This document shows, in pieces, positions 58,901 through 64,000 of a stretch of 64,000 nt of DNA. The notes under the pieces are model-generated. The model did not search any database, had not been told where the DNA came from, and was given only the letters and a program-made list of their open reading frames with translations. This DNA is from Eledone cirrhosa (taxonomy: Eukaryota). Position numbers and translations under genes: made by a program. Each line of letters starts with the position of its first letter. The first letter of the stretch is position 1. The stretch lies in the NCBI GenBank assembly GCA_964016885.1, contig OZ024744.1:15190001-15254000 (forward strand), given 5' to 3'.

Positions 58901-61900
58901 TCTCTCACACATGCACTCTCTCTATCACTCACACATATACACTCTCACAGACACACATATACACTCTCTCTCTCACACACATATACACTCTCACACACAC
59001 ACATATACACACTCTCTCTCACACACATATACACTCTCTCACACACACACATACACTCACTCACACACACACATATACTCTCTCACACACACACATATAC
59101 ACTCTCTCACACACACATAACTCTCTCACACACACACATATACACTCTCACACACATACATATACACTCTCACACACACACATATACACTCTCACACACA
59201 CATACACTCTCTCACACATATAAACACTCTCTCACACACACACATATACACTCTCACACACACACACACATACACTCTCTCACACACATATACACTCGCT
59301 CACACACACACATATACACTCTCTCACACACACATATACACACACACATATACACTCTCTCACACACACATATACACTCTCACACACACATATACACTCT
59401 CTCACACACACATATACACTCTCTCTCACACACATATACACTCTCTCACACACACACATATACACTCTCACACACACACATATACACTCTCACACACACA
59501 CATATATACTCTCTCACACACACATATATACACTCTCACACACACACATATACACTCTCTCACACACACATATACACTCTCTCACACACACATATACACT
59601 CACGCACACACGTATACACTCTCACACACACACATATACACTCTCTCTCTCACACACATATACACTCTCTCACACACACATATACACTCTCACACACACA
59701 TATACACTCTCTCACACACACATATACACTCTCTCTCACACACATATACACTCTCTCACACACACACATATACACTCTCACTCACACACATATACACTCT
59801 CACACACACACATTTACACTCTCTCACACATATATATATACACTCTCACACAAACACATATACACTCTCTCACACACACATACACTCTCACACACATACA
59901 CTCTCTCCCACACACACATATACACTCTCACACACACACACATATACACTCTCTCACACACACACATATACACTCCCTCACACACACACATACACTCTCT
60001 CACACGCACACATATACACTCTCTCACACACACATATGCACTCTCACACACATATATACGATCTCTCTCACACACATATACACTCTCTCACACACACATA
60101 TATACACTCTCTCACACACACATATGCACTCTCACACACACACACACATATACACTCTCTCTCTCACACATATACACTCTCTCACACACACAAATACACT
60201 CTCTCACACACATATACATTCTCTCACACACACATATACACTCTGACACACATATATACATTCTCTCACACATATATACACTCTCTCACACACACACATA
60301 TACACTGTCACACACACATATACACTCTCTCACACACATATACACTCTCTCACACACACACATATATACACTCTCTCACACACACATATGCACTCTCACA
60401 CACACACATATACACTCTCTCTCACACACATATACACTCTTTCACACACAAAAATACACTCTCTCACACACACATATACACTCTCTCACACACACATATA
60501 CACTCTCTCACACACACATACACTCTCTCGCACACACACATATACAATCTCTCTCTCACACACATATATACTCTCTCACACACACATACACTCTCTCACA
60601 CACACACATATACACTCTCTCACACACACATATACACTCTCTCACACACACACATACACTCTCTCACACACAAACATATACACTCTCTCACACACACACA
60701 TACACTCTCTCACACACACATATACACTCTCTCACACACACACATATACACTCTCTCACACACACATATACACTCTCTCTCACACACACATATACACTCT
60801 CACACACACAGATATACACTCTCTCACACATACATATACACTCTCTCACACACACATATACACTCTCTCACACACACACATATACACTCTCTCACACACA
60901 CACATACACTCTCTCACACACACACATATACACTCTCTCACACACACACATACACTCTCTCACACACACACATATACACTCTCACACACACATATACACT
61001 CTCTCACACACACATATACACTCTCTCTCACACACACATATACAATCTCTCACACACACACATATACACTCTCTCACACACACATATACACTGTCTCTCA
61101 CACACACATATATACTCTCACATACACACATATACACTCTCTCTCACACACATATACAACCTCTCACACACATATACACTCTCTCACACACACATATATA
61201 CACTCTCACATACACACATATACACTCTCACACACACATATACACACTCTCAGAGACACACATATACACGCTCTCACAGACATATACACTCTCTCACACA
61301 CACACACTCTCTCTCAGAGGCACACATATACACTCTCTCACAAACATATATACACTCTCTCTAACACATACATATACACTCTCACACACACACATATACA
61401 CTCTCTCTCTCACACATGCACTCTCTCTATCACACACACAGATACACTCTCACAAACACACATATACACTCTCTCACACACACATAACTCTCTCACACAC
61501 ACATATACACTCTCACACACACACATATACACTCTCACACACATACATATACACTCTCACACACAAACATATACACTCTCACACACACATATACACTCTC
61601 TCACACACATATATACACTCTCTCACACACACACATATACACTCTCACACACACTCACACATACACTCTCTCACACACATATACACTCGCTCACACACAC
61701 ACATATACACTCTCTCACACACACATATACACTCTCTCACACACACATATACACACTCACGCACACACATATACACTCTCACACACACACATATACACTC
61801 TCTCTCTCACACACATATACACTCTCTCTCACACACATATACACTCTCTCACACACACACATATACACTCTCACACACACACATATACACTCTCACACAC

Positions 61901-64000
61901 ACACATTTACACTCTCTCACACACATATATATACACTCTCACACAAACACATATACACTCTCTCACACACACATACACACTCTCACACACATACACTCTC
62001 TCCCACACACACATATACACTCTCACACACACACACATATACACTCTCTCAGAGACACACATATACACTCTCTCACACACACATACACACTCTCTCACAC
62101 ACACATATACACTCTCTCTCTCACACATGCACTCTCTCTATCACACACAGATACACTCTCTCACACACACATATACACTCTCACACACACACACATATAC
62201 ACTCTCACACATACACATATACACTCTCACACACACACATATACACTCTCTCATACACACACATATACACTCTCTCCAACATATATACAATTCTCACGCC
62301 CACACATATACACTCTCTCACACACACACACTCTCTCAGAGGCACACATATACACTCTCTCACACACACATATACACTCTCTCACCCACACATATACACT
62401 CTCTCACACACATATACACTCTCTCTCACACATGCACTCTCTCTATCACACACACATATACACTCTCACAGACACACATATACACTCTCTCTCTCACGCA
62501 CATATACACTCTCACACACACACATATACACTCACACACACACACATATACACTCTCTCACACAAACATATATACACTCTCACACACACACACATATACA
62601 CTCTCTCACACACACATACACTCTCTCACACACATACACTCTCTCACACACACACACATACACTCTCACACACACACATATACACTCTCTCAGAGACACC
62701 CATATACACTCTCTCACACACACATATACACTCTCTCACAGACACACATACACTCTCTCAGAGACACACATATACACTCGCTCACACACACATATACACT
62801 CTCTCACACACACATATACACTCTCTCTCTCACACATGCACTCTCTCTCTAACACACACATATACACTCTCACACACACGCATATACACTCTCTCTCTCA
62901 CACACATATACACTCTCTCACACATATATACTCTCACGCACACACATATACACTCTCTCACACACACACACTCTCTCAGAGACACACATATACACTCTCT
63001 CACACACACATATACACTCTCTCACCCACACATATACACTCTCTCACACACACATATACACTCTCTCTACACACACATATACACTCTCTCGCACACACAT
63101 ATACACTCTCTCACACACACATACTCTCTCACACACACACATATACACTCTCTCACACACACATATACACTCTCTCACACACACACATATACACTCTCTC
63201 ACACATACATATACACTCTCTCACACACACATTTACACTCTCTCTCTCACACATGCACTCTCTCTATCACTCACACATATACACTCTCACAGACACACAT
63301 ATACACTCTCTCTCTCACACACATATACACTCTCTCACACACCCATATACACTCTCGCACACACACATATACACTCTCACACACACATATAAACTCTCAC
63401 ACACACACATATACACTCTCTCTCACACACATATACACTCTCTCACACAGACACATATACACTCTCACACACAGACATATACACTCTCTCTCTCACACAC
63501 ATATACACTCTCACACACACACATATACACAATCACACACACATATACACTCTCTCACACACACATATACACTCTCTCTCACACACACATATACAGTCTC
63601 TCACACACACACATATACACTCTCTCACACACACATATACACTGTCTCACACACACACATATATACTCTCACATACACACATATACACTCACTCTCACAC
63701 ACATATACAACCTCTCACACACATATACACTCTCTCACACACACATATATACACTCTCACATACACACATATACACTCTCACACACACATATACACACTC
63801 TCAGAGACACACATATACACTCTCTCACAGACATATACACTCTCTCACACACACACACACTCTCTCAGAGGCACACATATACACTCTCTCACACACATAT
63901 ATACACTCTCTCTCACACATACACATACACTCTCACACACACACATATACACTCTCTCTCTCACACATGCACTCTCTCTATCACACACACAGATACACTC
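43950..64000. repeat. Higher-order repeat of 8164 bp then 7378 bp, about 2.6 tandem copies
   Basis: ORF-track offsets: 44282/52446 and 44494/52658 (8164); 49410/57144 and 50070/57804 (7734); 51902/59280, 52446/59824, 52658/60036, 54529/61907 and 54749/62127 (7378). The start is approximate. Confidence 0.9.

Larger units (their letters stand above)
20311..64000. repeat. Large satellite array of compound-microsatellite monomers CATATACA(CT)n(CA)m (~18-30 bp), at least 43.7 kb, continues beyond the window
   Basis: Uninterrupted by eye from ~20311 to the window end. The + strand is almost devoid of G, and no TE insertion is seen. Confidence 0.99.

Noticed and set aside
20299-62852. Very long His/Thr-rich (+) and Cys/Val/Arg/Glu-rich (-) ORFs as real proteins
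   Set aside because: They are translations of the satellite. All frames are similarly open, with no domain, no codon-phase constraint and no splice or promoter context.

Overview
Eukaryotic (animal) non-genic DNA with no recognisable host gene, tRNA/rRNA gene or CRISPR array. The SINE, RTE and microsatellite repertoire resembles octopus (cephalopod) genomes; this is recognition from memory, not verified. Positions 1-20.3 kb are a dense nest of decayed transposable elements embedded in simple repeats: two RTE-clade LINEs carrying a PHD-type zinc finger, several RTE-tailed SINE-like copies, a deleted DD37D (maT) DNA transposon, two Penelope-like GIY-YIG fragments absent from the ORF track, two probable non-autonomous Helitrons, two tandem Tx1/L1-like LINEs in (ATT)n, and a 5'-truncated CR1-like LINE. 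Three local inverted duplications also lie in this part. Positions ~20.31-64.0 kb (running off the window) are one compound-microsatellite satellite, CATATACA(CT)n(CA)m, nearly G-free on the + strand. Rare variant monomers reveal nested higher-order repeats of ~0.36, 2.1, 3.4 and 7.4-8.2 kb. The giant His/Thr ORFs (up to 4909 aa) are artefacts of this repeat. I cannot support a new protein-coding system; the most interesting signal is the hierarchical architecture of the satellite and the TE/repeat interplay at its edge.
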